This document shows positions 39,118 to 47,830 of a stretch of DNA of 64,000 bases, one piece after another (the first letter of the stretch is position 1; the number at the start of each line of letters is the position of its first letter). A model generated the notes under the pieces. It made no database searches, was not told the DNA's origin, and saw only the letters and a list, made by a program, of their open reading frames with translations. The stretch is taken from NCBI RefSeq assembly GCF_936928535.1, contig NZ_CAKZHY010000097.1, positions 9,852 through 73,851 of the forward strand, read 5' to 3'. This DNA is from an uncultured Bradyrhizobium sp. (GTDB lineage Bacteria > Pseudomonadota > Alphaproteobacteria > Rhizobiales > Xanthobacteraceae). Position numbers and translations under genes: made by a program.

Positions 39118-39838
39118 GACAAAACCCATTCTCAGCGTCCGCAAGCTGGTGAAACGCTTTGGCGGCTTCGTGGCGCTGGATGGCTTGACCTTTCATGCCG
39201 CGCCCGGCGAGGTGCTGGGGCTGGTCGGTCCGAACGGTTCGGGCAAGACCACGGCCATCAACGTGATTTCGGGTCTCTACGCACCCGACGGCGGAGAGGT
39301 CGTGTTCGACGACGTCTCCATTGGCGGCACTGCGTCCCACAAACTCGTCCATCGCGGTATCAACCGGACCTTCCAGGTGCCGAAGCCGTTCATGTCGCTG
39401 ACCGTGCGCGAGAACGTCAGGGTCGCCTTGGCCTATGGCCATATCGGGGGAACGCCACCGGCGCTCGATGCGCTGCTCGACGAATATCGTTTGGCTGCCG
39501 TCGCGGATCGGCCGGCAGCCGATCTCAACAGTGCGCAGCAGAAGATGCTGGACCTGGTCCGCGCCCTGGCGACGCGGCCGCGCCTGTTGCTGCTCGACGA
39601 GCTCGCTGCCGGGCTCAATCCCGCCGAGCTCGACTGGATTGCCGGGCGGATCAAGCAGCTCGCGGCAGGCGGCATGTCGATCATCGTCGTCGAGCATCTG
39701 ATGGGCTTCATCGAGCACATCACCGACCGCGTCATCGTCCTCAATGCGGGCCGGGAGATCTTCGAGGGCAAGCTCGCCGCGGCCGTGCAGGAACCGCAGG
39801 TGATCGAGGTGTTCTTGGGAGGCGAGCATGCCGCCTGA
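39107..39838 (+). CDS. ABC transporter ATP-binding protein (LivG-like)
   Basis: Walker A GPNGSGKTT, a degenerate signature-motif region (LNSAQQKMLDL in the usual LSGGQ position) and Walker B LLLLDE. 11-nt overlap with the upstream gene. Confidence 0.85.
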   Translation: MSPETKPILSVRKLVKRFGGFVALDGLTFHAAPGEVLGLVGPNGSGKTTAINVISGLYAPDGGEVVFDDVSIGGTASHKLVHRGINRTFQVPKPFMSLTVRENVRVALAYGHIGGTPPALDALLDEYRLAAVADRPAADLNSAQQKMLDLVRALATRPRLLLLDELAAGLNPAELDWIAGRIKQLAAGGMSIIVVEHLMGFIEHITDRVIVLNAGREIFEGKLAAAVQEPQVIEVFLGGEHAA

Positions 39839-40547
39839 AGCAATGCCTCTTATCCAGGCGCAAGGCGTCGATGCGGGCTACGGCACCATGCAGGTGCTTT
39901 GGGGCGTCGATCTCGACGTCAGGCCCGGCGAGACGGTCCTGCTGCTCGGCGCCAACGGGGCCGGCAAGACCACGTTCCTGAAATCGCTGGTCGGCCTGGT
40001 CGAGGCCCGTCACGGCAGTATTGCGCTAGCGGGGCAGGATATCGCGCATATGCGCTCCAGCGACCGCATGAAGCTGGGCATGACCTACATGTCCGAGCTT
40101 GCGGTGTTCCCCGACCTGTCCATCGAAGAAAACATCCTGGTAGGGGCTCAGGCGCTGGGACATGCCAACCCCCGCCGGCGCCTCGACGAGCTCTATGGCC
40201 TGTTTCCCGTCCTGCGCGACAAGCGCCGCGACGCCGCCTCCAGCCTGTCAGGCGGGCAGCGCAAGATGCTCGGGATCGCCAAGGCGCTCGCGGCCGAGCC
40301 GAAGCTTCTCGTCATGGACGAGCCTTCGGCCGGGCTGTCGCCGCTCTTCGTCAAGGAGGTGATCCGCATCCTGAACGGCCTGCAGGGGCGCGGTATCGCG
40401 CTTTTGATCGCGGAGCAGAATATCGGTTTCCTTGAAGTGGCAACCCGCGTATTTGTTCTGGAAGGCGGGCGCATTCGCTTTTCCGGCACGGTTGCCGAGA
40501 TGACCGACAACGAGGCGCTGCGGCGCGCCTATTTTGGATTGAAATAG
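39828..40547 (+). CDS. ABC transporter ATP-binding protein (LivF-like)
   Basis: Walker A GANGAGKTT, signature LSGGQRKML and Walker B LLVMDEPS. 11-nt overlap with the upstream gene. Confidence 0.85.
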   Translation: MPPEAMPLIQAQGVDAGYGTMQVLWGVDLDVRPGETVLLLGANGAGKTTFLKSLVGLVEARHGSIALAGQDIAHMRSSDRMKLGMTYMSELAVFPDLSIEENILVGAQALGHANPRRRLDELYGLFPVLRDKRRDAASSLSGGQRKMLGIAKALAAEPKLLVMDEPSAGLSPLFVKEVIRILNGLQGRGIALLIAEQNIGFLEVATRVFVLEGGRIRFSGTVAEMTDNEALRRAYFGLK

Positions 40548-40556
40548 CGCGGCAGC

Positions 40557-41939
40557 GTGTTGGCCGCGCTCCACGCAGGCGAACCAGATATGCCGAACGC
40601 CCCGACCCTCGCCACATTGGCCGACGATCTCGAAAGCGGCCGCACCACCTCCCGAAAACTTGTCGAGGCGTGCATCGCCAGGATCGCCGATCCCGCGGGC
40701 GAAGGGCAGCGCACCTTCATCCATGTCGACAAGGACGCTGCGCTCGTCACTGCGGACGCGATGGATGCACTGCGCAAGGTCAAGGCCGCCCCATCGCGCT
40801 ATGCCGGCATTCCGGTTTCGATCAAGGATCTGTTCGACATCAAGGGCCAGGTGACGCGCGCCGGCTCGCGCGCGCTCGACGATTCCTCGCCGGCCGAGCA
40901 GGACGCGGCCACGGTGGCGCGGCTGCGCAAGGCCGGCTTCGTCGTGATCGGGCGCACCAACATGACCGAGTTCGCCTATTCCGGCATCGGCATCAATCCG
41001 CATTACGGCACGCCGAAGGGCGCCTGGAACCGGGCCGAGGGGCACGTGCCCGGCGGCTCGTCCTCGGGCGCTGCGGTCTCCGTGCTCGACGGCATGGCGC
41101 ACGGCGCGCTCGGCACCGACACCGGCGGGTCCTGCCGCATTCCGGCGGCCTATAACGGCATCGTCGGCTACAAGCCGACACAGCGCCGCGTGCCGCTCGA
41201 CGGCTCGGTGCCGCTGTCGTTCTCGCTCGACAGCATCGGTCCCCTGGCGCGATCGGTCAGCTGCTGTGCCATACTCGACGCCGTGCTCGCGAACGAGCCG
41301 ATCGTTCCGCTGAGGCCGCGCCCTGTGAAGGGCATGCGGCTCGCCGTGCCGACCACGATCGCGCTCGACGATCTCGACGCAGAAGTGGCCTCGACCTTCG
41401 AGCGCGCGCTGAAATCGCTCGCCGATCACGGCGCCATCATCGAGCGCATCGAGATGGCGGAATTCCACGACATCGGCCCGATGAATGCCAAGGGTGGCTT
41501 TGCGGCGTCCGAGAGCTATGCCTGGCATCGCTATCTCATCACCTCCAAGGGCGACGTCTACGATCCGCGCGTCTCCGTCCGCATCATGCGCGGCGAGGCG
41601 CAGAGCGCGGCCGACTATATCGACCTTCTCAACGAGCGCCGCTCGCTGATCGCCCGCGTCAACGCCCGCATCGCGCCCTACGACGCCCTGGTGCTGCCGA
41701 CCACCGCCAACACGCCGCCGAAGATCGCGGATCTCGCCGACGACAAGGCGTTCACCACGCAAAACCTGCGCGCACTGCGCAATTGCACGCTGATCAACAT
41801 GATCGACGGCTGCGCTATCTCGTTGCCGGCGCATCGCGAGGGCGAGGTTCCCGTCGGCCTGATGCTTGCAGGGGCGGGCGGATCGGACCGCCGTATCTTT
41901 GAACTTGCTGCCGGCATGGAGGCCGTCATCCGTGTTTGA
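40557..41939 (+). CDS. Amidase (amidase-signature family)
   Basis: AS motif GGSSSGAAVSV, SIKDLFDIKG and GTDTGGSCRIPAAYNG. The alternative ATG start at 40590 is at least as plausible. Confidence 0.85.
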   Translation: MLAALHAGEPDMPNAPTLATLADDLESGRTTSRKLVEACIARIADPAGEGQRTFIHVDKDAALVTADAMDALRKVKAAPSRYAGIPVSIKDLFDIKGQVTRAGSRALDDSSPAEQDAATVARLRKAGFVVIGRTNMTEFAYSGIGINPHYGTPKGAWNRAEGHVPGGSSSGAAVSVLDGMAHGALGTDTGGSCRIPAAYNGIVGYKPTQRRVPLDGSVPLSFSLDSIGPLARSVSCCAILDAVLANEPIVPLRPRPVKGMRLAVPTTIALDDLDAEVASTFERALKSLADHGAIIERIEMAEFHDIGPMNAKGGFAASESYAWHRYLITSKGDVYDPRVSVRIMRGEAQSAADYIDLLNERRSLIARVNARIAPYDALVLPTTANTPPKIADLADDKAFTTQNLRALRNCTLINMIDGCAISLPAHREGEVPVGLMLAGAGGSDRRIFELAAGMEAVIRV

Positions 41940-42618
41940 TCTCACTTTCACCGTCGACGCCCAGGACACCACGACGCCGCTGACCTTGGCGATCGACCAG
42001 ATGGTCATCGCCGGCTGGACCGGCCGCGACCCGGTTGCGCGGGACAAGCACATCAAAGAGCTGCAGGAGATGGGCATCGCCCCGCCGGCATCGACGCCGA
42101 TCTACTACCGCGCCTCGGCGCGCCGGCTGACCCAGCAAGACGGCATCGAGTGCTGCGGCGGGGACTCGTCCGGTGAGGTCGAGTTCGTGCTGATCGGCTG
42201 GCAGGGCCGTATCTTCGTCGGCTGCGGTTCCGACCACACCGACCGCAAGGTCGAGGCCTATAACGTTACCGTCTCCAAGCAGATGTGCGACAAGCCGATC
42301 GCATCCACGCTGTGGGAGCTCGAGGACGTCATCGGCCATTGGGACAAGATGATCCTGCGCTCCTACGCGACGATCAAGGGCGAGCGCGTGCTCTACCAGG
42401 AGGGCACGCTCGACGCGATGCTGCCGGTCGCGGACCTCATCGCCCGGGGCTTCGAGGGCGGCAAGTTCCCCGACGGCTGCGCCATGTTCGGCGGCACCTT
42501 CGCCGCCAAGGGCGGCATTCGCCCCGCCGACCGCTTCGACTTCGAGCTGGAGGATCCCGTGCTGAAACGCACGATCAGGCACGGCTACGACGTGGTGACG
42601 CTGCCGGTGCGGGGCTGA
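41932..42618 (+). CDS. DUF2848 domain-containing protein
   Basis: GTG 41932 overlaps the amidase stop by 8 nt. Segments VIAGWTGRD and GSDHTDRKVE match my memory of DUF2848. No function is known to me. Confidence 0.6.
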   Translation: MFDLTFTVDAQDTTTPLTLAIDQMVIAGWTGRDPVARDKHIKELQEMGIAPPASTPIYYRASARRLTQQDGIECCGGDSSGEVEFVLIGWQGRIFVGCGSDHTDRKVEAYNVTVSKQMCDKPIASTLWELEDVIGHWDKMILRSYATIKGERVLYQEGTLDAMLPVADLIARGFEGGKFPDGCAMFGGTFAAKGGIRPADRFDFELEDPVLKRTIRHGYDVVTLPVRG

Positions 42619-42656
42619 TCTCCCTCATTCATCATTGTCGGGCACAGCTCTCTCCA

Positions 42657-42743
42657 CGTCATTGCGAGCGCAGCGAAGCAATCCAGAATCTCTACGCGGA
42701 ACCAGTCTGGATTGCTTCGTCGCAAGGGCTCCTTGCAATGACG
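42657..42743. repeat. REP/MITE-like nested palindrome, family C copy 3
   Basis: CGTCATTGCGAGCGCAGCGAAGCAATCCAGA...TCTGGATTGCTTCGTCGCAAGGGCTCCTTGCAATGACG. Confidence 0.8.
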
Positions 42744-42795
42744 AGGAGAGAGACATCGGAAATCGGGTGGCGGGGGTGAACGCTGGCCTGCAAAG

Positions 42796-43551
42796 ATGAT
42801 TGTCATGACAATGATCGCTCGCAAATCGCCCCATACGCCGCCCGCCGACCTCACCACTCACGTCGACACCCTCGACTGGCCCCAAATCACCGCCGAGCTC
42901 GACACCCAGGGCTGCGCCGTCTTGAAAGGCTTGCTCACGCCCGAACAGTGCCGCGCCGTCGCCGCGCTCTATCCCCACGACGCCCACTTCCGCAGCCGCA
43001 TCGTCATGGGCCGCCACGGCTTTGGCCGCGGCGAGTACAAGTACTTCTCTTACCCGCTGCCCGACCTGATCGCGGAGCTGCGCCCGGCGCTCTATGGGCG
43101 CCTGCAGGGCGTCGCCAACCGCTGGAACGAGGCGATGGGGATCGACATCCGTTACCCCGCCGCGCATGCGGCGTTCCTCAAGCGCTGCCATGAGGCGGGG
43201 CAGGCGCGGCCGACGCCGTTGCTGCTGCAATACGAAGCCGGTGACTTCAACTGCCTGCATCAGGACCTCTATGGCGAGCACGTGTTCCCGATTCAGGTTG
43301 CGATTTTGCTGTCCGAACCGGGGCGCGATTTCACCGGCGGCGAGTTCGTGCTGACGGAACAGCGCCCGCGCATGCAGTCCCGCGCCGAGGTGGTTCCGCT
43401 GGCGCAGGGCGATGCGGTTGCCTTCGCTGTGCATCACCGGCCGGTGCAGGGGACACGCGGCACCTACCGCGTTAATCTCCGCCACGGCGTCAGCCGGATC
43501 AGGTCCGGCCAGCGCCATACGGTGGGTGTGATCTTTCACGATGCGAAATGA
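42796..43551 (+). CDS. 2OG-Fe(II) oxygenase (AlkB-associated, Oxygenase-NA/PF09859-like)
   Basis: HxD...H facial-triad candidates (NCLHQDLYGE ... VNLRHGVSRI) in a double-stranded beta-helix-sized C-terminal half. 9 nt upstream of alkB. Confidence 0.7.
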   Translation: MIVMTMIARKSPHTPPADLTTHVDTLDWPQITAELDTQGCAVLKGLLTPEQCRAVAALYPHDAHFRSRIVMGRHGFGRGEYKYFSYPLPDLIAELRPALYGRLQGVANRWNEAMGIDIRYPAAHAAFLKRCHEAGQARPTPLLLQYEAGDFNCLHQDLYGEHVFPIQVAILLSEPGRDFTGGEFVLTEQRPRMQSRAEVVPLAQGDAVAFAVHHRPVQGTRGTYRVNLRHGVSRIRSGQRHTVGVIFHDAK

Positions 43552-43560
43552 GCGGAGCCA

Positions 43561-44214
43561 TTGACGGCCGATTTGTTCGACAGCGTTGCGGAGGCGCAGC
43601 CGTCGCGCGAGGAGATCGCCGACGGCGCCGTGCTGTTGCGCGGCTTCGTCAGGTCGATCGAGGACGAGCTGATCGAAGCGGTGCGCGCCATCGTCGCGCA
43701 ATCGCCCTTCCGCCGCATGACGACGCCCGGCGGCCATCTGATGTCGGTCGCGATGACCAACTGCGGCGAGCGCGGCTGGATCACCGATCATACCGGCTAC
43801 CGCTACGATCCCATCGATCCGCGCACCGGCGCGCCGTGGCCCGCGATGCCGCCGGTGCTGCGCGATCTCGCCCGCCGTGCGGCGGAGCAGGGCGGCTTTC
43901 AAAATTTCGCGCCCGATGCCTGCCTGGTCAACCGCTACGAGCCCCGGACGCGGCTGTCGCTGCATCAGGACAAGGACGAGCTCGACTATTCAGCGCCGAT
44001 CGTCTCGGTCTCGCTCGGGCTGCCCGCGACCTTCCTGTTCGGTGGCCTCGCGCGCAGCGACAAGCCGCGGCGCTATCGGCTCGTTCATGGTGACGTCGTC
44101 GTTTGGGGCGGGCCGTCGAGGCTGGCCTATCACGGCGTCGCGCCGCTCGCCGACGGCGAGCATGCGCTGCTGGGCCGCAAGCGGATCAATCTGACGTTCC
44201 GCCGGACGCGGTGA
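43561..44214 (+). CDS. alkB: Alpha-ketoglutarate-dependent DNA/RNA dealkylating dioxygenase AlkB
   Basis: Near-collinear with my recollection of E. coli AlkB: SPFRRMTTPGGHLMSVAMTNCG, LSLHQDKDE, PIVSVSLGLPATFLFGG, GDVVVWGGPSRLAYHG and INLTFR. Confidence 0.95.
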   Translation: MTADLFDSVAEAQPSREEIADGAVLLRGFVRSIEDELIEAVRAIVAQSPFRRMTTPGGHLMSVAMTNCGERGWITDHTGYRYDPIDPRTGAPWPAMPPVLRDLARRAAEQGGFQNFAPDACLVNRYEPRTRLSLHQDKDELDYSAPIVSVSLGLPATFLFGGLARSDKPRRYRLVHGDVVVWGGPSRLAYHGVAPLADGEHALLGRKRINLTFRRTR

Positions 44215-44221
44215 GGGGCTC

Positions 44222-44300
44222 GTCATTCCGGGGCGCGCGTTAGCGCGAACCCGGAATCTCGAGGTTCCGGGTTCGGCTCTGCGAGCCGCCCCGGAACGAC
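44222..44300. repeat. REP/MITE-like nested palindrome, family B copy
   Basis: GTCATTCCGGGGCG, CGCGC-gtta-GCGCG, GAACCCGGAATCTCGAGGTTCCGGGTTC, GGCTC-tgc-GAGCC, CGCCCCGGAACGAC. Fills the whole gap between convergent genes. Confidence 0.8.
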
Positions 44301-44301
44301 G

Positions 44302-45927
44302 TCAAGGCTTCGGCGGGTGAATAAACGCCCACGGGCTCGCTTCGGAATCCCGCGTCACCTCCACCGAGATCAGATACGGCCCGCCATGCGCGAGCGCCTT
44401 CTCCATGGCGGCCTTGAACTGATCCGGCGCGGTCACGCGCGCAGATGCGACGCCGAAGGACTCCGCCAGCTTGACGAAATCAGGATTGACCAGGTCCGAC
44501 GCCACCACACGGCCGTCAAAGCGTTCGCGCTGATCACGGCGGACATTGCCGTAGGCGTTGTTGTTGAACACCAGCGTCACCACGCCGATGTTGAACTGCA
44601 CGGCGGTGGCGAGCTCCTGCACGCCGAACATGAAGCCGCCGTCGCCGGTGATCGCCACCACCGGCTTGTCGGGGTTGGCGACCTTGGCCCCCAATGCGGT
44701 CGGGAAGCCCGAGCCGAGCGTGCCCTGATAGCCCGACGTGATGAAGGTGCGCGGCTCGTAGATCGGAAAGCCGTACCAGGACGCGAAGCCGAACTGCGAC
44801 AATTCATCTGTCACGATCGCGTTCGCCGGCAGCACCTCGCGCAGGATGTTGAGATAGGCCATCTGCGGCTGAATGCGTTGGATCTCGGCCAGGGCGCTCG
44901 CGCTGGCGTCGCGGATCGCGGCCCGGCGGCCGGTCGTCTTGCTGTAGCCGGCCCTGCTGACGGCAGAGGCGAGATCGGCGGTCGCTGCCTTGGCATCGGC
45001 AACGATCGCGGCGTCCGAGATGAAGCGCCGCATCTCGACCGGATCGATGTCGATGCGGATGCTCTTCAAGCCGTCCGGCCGATACGGCCAGCGCGACATG
45101 GTCGGCAGCTCCAGCCGGGTGCCGATTCCGATCATCAGATCGGTCTTGGCCCATAGCTTGTAGGCCGCGGCCATTGTGAGGCCGAGCTCATGCGCGTTGG
45201 AGACGATGCCGCGGCCGCTGCGGAAAGCGACGACGGGCGCATCGATCATCTCGGCGAGTTCGAGGATTTCCTCGCGTGCCTCGATCGCACCGCTGCCGAC
45301 GAAGATCATCGGCGCCTTGCTGGCCTTGATCAGCGCAGCCGCCTGCTTGATGGCATCGGGATCGGGGGGCGGCGCGGGCAGGGGTTCCAGCACCTGCGCA
45401 GCGGCGGTATCCGCGCGCTGGGTAAAGATGTCCCAGGGCATCTCGACCGAGGCGGGACCACGCCGTCCCGAGATCATCTCCTGGAACGCACGCGCCACGG
45501 TGGTCGGCGCATTGCCGGGATGTTCGATGCGATCAGCCCATTTCACATAGCTGCGCAAGGTCGCGAGCTGGTCCGGCATCTCATGCAGATGACCGCGGCC
45601 CTTGCCCAAAAACTGCGTCGGCACCTGGCCGGTGACGCACAGCACCGGCTCGTTGCAGCCGTAAGCGGTGAGCAGCGCCGCGCTGGCGTTGAGCACGCCG
45701 GGGCCGGGCACGACGCTGAACACGCCGGGCTTGCCACTGGAACGCGCATAGCCGAACGCCATGTAGCCGCAGGCCTGCTCGTGCCGCGCGCCGATCACCT
45801 TGAGCTGGGCCTGGTGGAAGGCGTCGAACAGGCCGTAGACCTGCGCGCCCGGCAGGCCGAACACGGTGTCGACGCCATGGGCGACGAGCCCGCTTACGAT
45901 CGCTTCGCCGCCGGTGAGGGTGGTCAT
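44302..45927 (-). CDS. Thiamine pyrophosphate-binding protein (acetolactate synthase large subunit-like)
   Basis: ATG 45927. N-terminal Pyr domain GGEAIVSGLVAHGVDTVFGLPG and C-terminal TPP motif ITGDGGFMFGVQELATAVQFNIGVVTLVFNNNAYGNV. Confidence 0.8.
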   Translation of the reverse strand: MTTLTGGEAIVSGLVAHGVDTVFGLPGAQVYGLFDAFHQAQLKVIGARHEQACGYMAFGYARSSGKPGVFSVVPGPGVLNASAALLTAYGCNEPVLCVTGQVPTQFLGKGRGHLHEMPDQLATLRSYVKWADRIEHPGNAPTTVARAFQEMISGRRGPASVEMPWDIFTQRADTAAAQVLEPLPAPPPDPDAIKQAAALIKASKAPMIFVGSGAIEAREEILELAEMIDAPVVAFRSGRGIVSNAHELGLTMAAAYKLWAKTDLMIGIGTRLELPTMSRWPYRPDGLKSIRIDIDPVEMRRFISDAAIVADAKAATADLASAVSRAGYSKTTGRRAAIRDASASALAEIQRIQPQMAYLNILREVLPANAIVTDELSQFGFASWYGFPIYEPRTFITSGYQGTLGSGFPTALGAKVANPDKPVVAITGDGGFMFGVQELATAVQFNIGVVTLVFNNNAYGNVRRDQRERFDGRVVASDLVNPDFVKLAESFGVASARVTAPDQFKAAMEKALAHGGPYLISVEVTRDSEASPWAFIHPPKP

Positions 45928-45952
45928 TGCATCATTCCAATCGTGTTGTTGT

Positions 45953-46822
45953 TCAGGCTTCGTCGACGACGCCGTTGCGCAAAGTGCCGATGCCTTCGGC
46001 CGCGACCTCGATGACGTCACCAGGCTTCAGGTAGCGCGGCGGATCGAACCGCGCACCTGCGCCGGTCGGCGTGCCCGTGACGATGATGTCGCCGGGCACG
46101 AGCGTGGCGAAGGTCGAGATATAGCTGATGAGGTAGCGGAACGAAAACATCAGCCGGCTGGTGCGGTCGTCCTGCCTGAGCTCACCATTGACATGCGTGG
46201 TCAGCCTGATGTCGGCGATCTGCGCTTCCCTGATGTAGGGCACGAGCCACGGTCCGAGGCTTCCGCTGGAATCAAAGTTCTTGCCTTGCGTGACGTTGAA
46301 TTTGGCGTGGCGCAGCCAGTCGCGCACCGAGCCTTCGTTGCACAGCGTCAGCGCCGCGATGTGGTCGAGCGCAGCACTCTCCTTGATGTGCCGGCCGGGC
46401 TTGCCGATCACCAGCACGATCTCGCCTTCGTAGTCGAGCTGCTCGGATGCGCGCGGGCGCACCAGCGGCGTGTCATGGCCGACGAAGGAACGGGGCGAGC
46501 GCATGAACATGCTCGGATATTTCGGCGCGTCCTGGCCGTCCTTGTACTCGGCATTGCGATCAGGATAGTTCACGCCGATGCAGATGATCTTTTCCGGTGC
46601 GGGCACCGGCGGCAGCCATGTGATCTCGTCGAGTGCATAAACCGGCGTGCGGCCGGCGGCCTCTTCGGCGAGGCTCACCAGCTTTCCGGCCGCAATAACC
46701 TCTCGCAGCGTCGGATAATCTTTGGCATAGCGCGCGGAGAGATCGACGATGCCGCCCTCCAGGACGGCGCCGTATCGGGTTTCACCCTTGACGGAGTAGG
46801 TGGCGAGGCGAGGGATTTTCAT
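45953..46822 (-). CDS. Fumarylacetoacetate hydrolase family protein (probable HpaG-type OPET decarboxylase/HHDD isomerase)
   Basis: FAH-fold motifs LDYEGEIVLVIGK and PGDIIVTGTPTGAG. Position within the hpa operon supports the role. Confidence 0.75.
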   Translation of the reverse strand: MKIPRLATYSVKGETRYGAVLEGGIVDLSARYAKDYPTLREVIAAGKLVSLAEEAAGRTPVYALDEITWLPPVPAPEKIICIGVNYPDRNAEYKDGQDAPKYPSMFMRSPRSFVGHDTPLVRPRASEQLDYEGEIVLVIGKPGRHIKESAALDHIAALTLCNEGSVRDWLRHAKFNVTQGKNFDSSGSLGPWLVPYIREAQIADIRLTTHVNGELRQDDRTSRLMFSFRYLISYISTFATLVPGDIIVTGTPTGAGARFDPPRYLKPGDVIEVAAEGIGTLRNGVVDEA

Positions 46823-46825
46823 GAT

Positions 46826-47809
46826 TTAGTCCGCCACCAGCACGTCGGCCACAAATTTCGGCTCGCGCACGGCTTGCCCTGAGAACGGCGAGCCCTGCTC
46901 GAACCAGGAGCGCGGCGCGGGCGCGCCCCACAGCGTCTGGCGGCGTGGGTCGCGCAGCGACCAGCGCAGCGGTTCATGGTCGTGATCCCCGGTGAAGTAA
47001 TCGCTGGTATAGAGCTCGAGACGATGCCCGTCGGGATCGCGCACGTAAAGGAAGAACGCGTTCGAGATGCCGTGGCGGCCGGGGCCGCGCTCGATATTCT
47101 TCACAAAGCCCTGCGAGGCCATGACGTCGCAGAGATGGATGATGTTCATCGCCGTCGGTGTCCAGTAGGCGAAGTGATGCAGCCGCGGGCCCTTGCCGTT
47201 GGTGATGGCGAAATCGTGCACGTTGCCCTTGCGATGCATCCAGGCCGCCGCGATGCGGCCGTTCGGCCCATCTTCCTCGGCGTACTCGGTCAGGCGGAAG
47301 CCGAGCCGCGCATAGAAGTCGACGGTGTCCTGCACTTCGGCCGCGAACACGTTGAAATGGTCGAGCCGCTGCGGGTGGCATCCGCGGTAGAGGTCATAGC
47401 GGCGGAGCAGGTGCGGGCGCCGCTCCATCGACGCGCAGAGCTCGATCTGGAAGCCGAACGGATCGGTGAATTGCAGCGTGCGGCCCTGGAACGGCTGATC
47501 GGCGAAGACGTAGGCGAGGCCGTTCTCGGAGAGAAACTTTGCGGCCTTGTCGAGATCGCCGTCATTGCCGACCTTGAAGCCGAGTCTGGCGCAGGCCGGC
47601 ACTGCTGCTTTGCGCAGCACCAGCGAGTGATGCTGATGTTCTTCGGCCGCGCGCAAATACACGAATTTGTCGTCGGCATCCTCGACATGCAGGCCGACAA
47701 TGGTCTCGTAGAACTCGCGGCTCAGCTTCAGGTCCGTCACGTCGAGCACGACGTGGCTGGAGCGGATGATGTTGAACGGCGGCTCGAAGATATGTTGCGG
47801 TACCGGCAT
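46826..47809 (-). CDS. hpaD: 3,4-dihydroxyphenylacetate (homoprotocatechuate) 2,3-dioxygenase, two-domain VOC-type extradiol enzyme
   Basis: 327 aa with two VOC modules (SHVVLDVTDLKLSREFYETIVGL; RLDHFNVFAAEVQDTVDFYARLGF). Operon context with hpaE/F/H. Confidence 0.8.
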   Translation of the reverse strand: MPVPQHIFEPPFNIIRSSHVVLDVTDLKLSREFYETIVGLHVEDADDKFVYLRAAEEHQHHSLVLRKAAVPACARLGFKVGNDGDLDKAAKFLSENGLAYVFADQPFQGRTLQFTDPFGFQIELCASMERRPHLLRRYDLYRGCHPQRLDHFNVFAAEVQDTVDFYARLGFRLTEYAEEDGPNGRIAAAWMHRKGNVHDFAITNGKGPRLHHFAYWTPTAMNIIHLCDVMASQGFVKNIERGPGRHGISNAFFLYVRDPDGHRLELYTSDYFTGDHDHEPLRWSLRDPRRQTLWGAPAPRSWFEQGSPFSGQAVREPKFVADVLVAD

Positions 47810-47830
47810 TGGCGTTTCCCCCTCGGTCCT

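Noticed and set aside
40248-42077. 609-aa minus-strand ORF opposite livF, the amidase and DUF2848
   Set aside because: It is antisense to three well-supported genes and has a low-complexity Arg/Gly/Ala composition.
42625-43965. 446-aa minus-strand ORF opposite the 2OG oxygenase and alkB
   Set aside because: It is antisense to alkB, which is near-collinear with E. coli AlkB, so it is an artefact.
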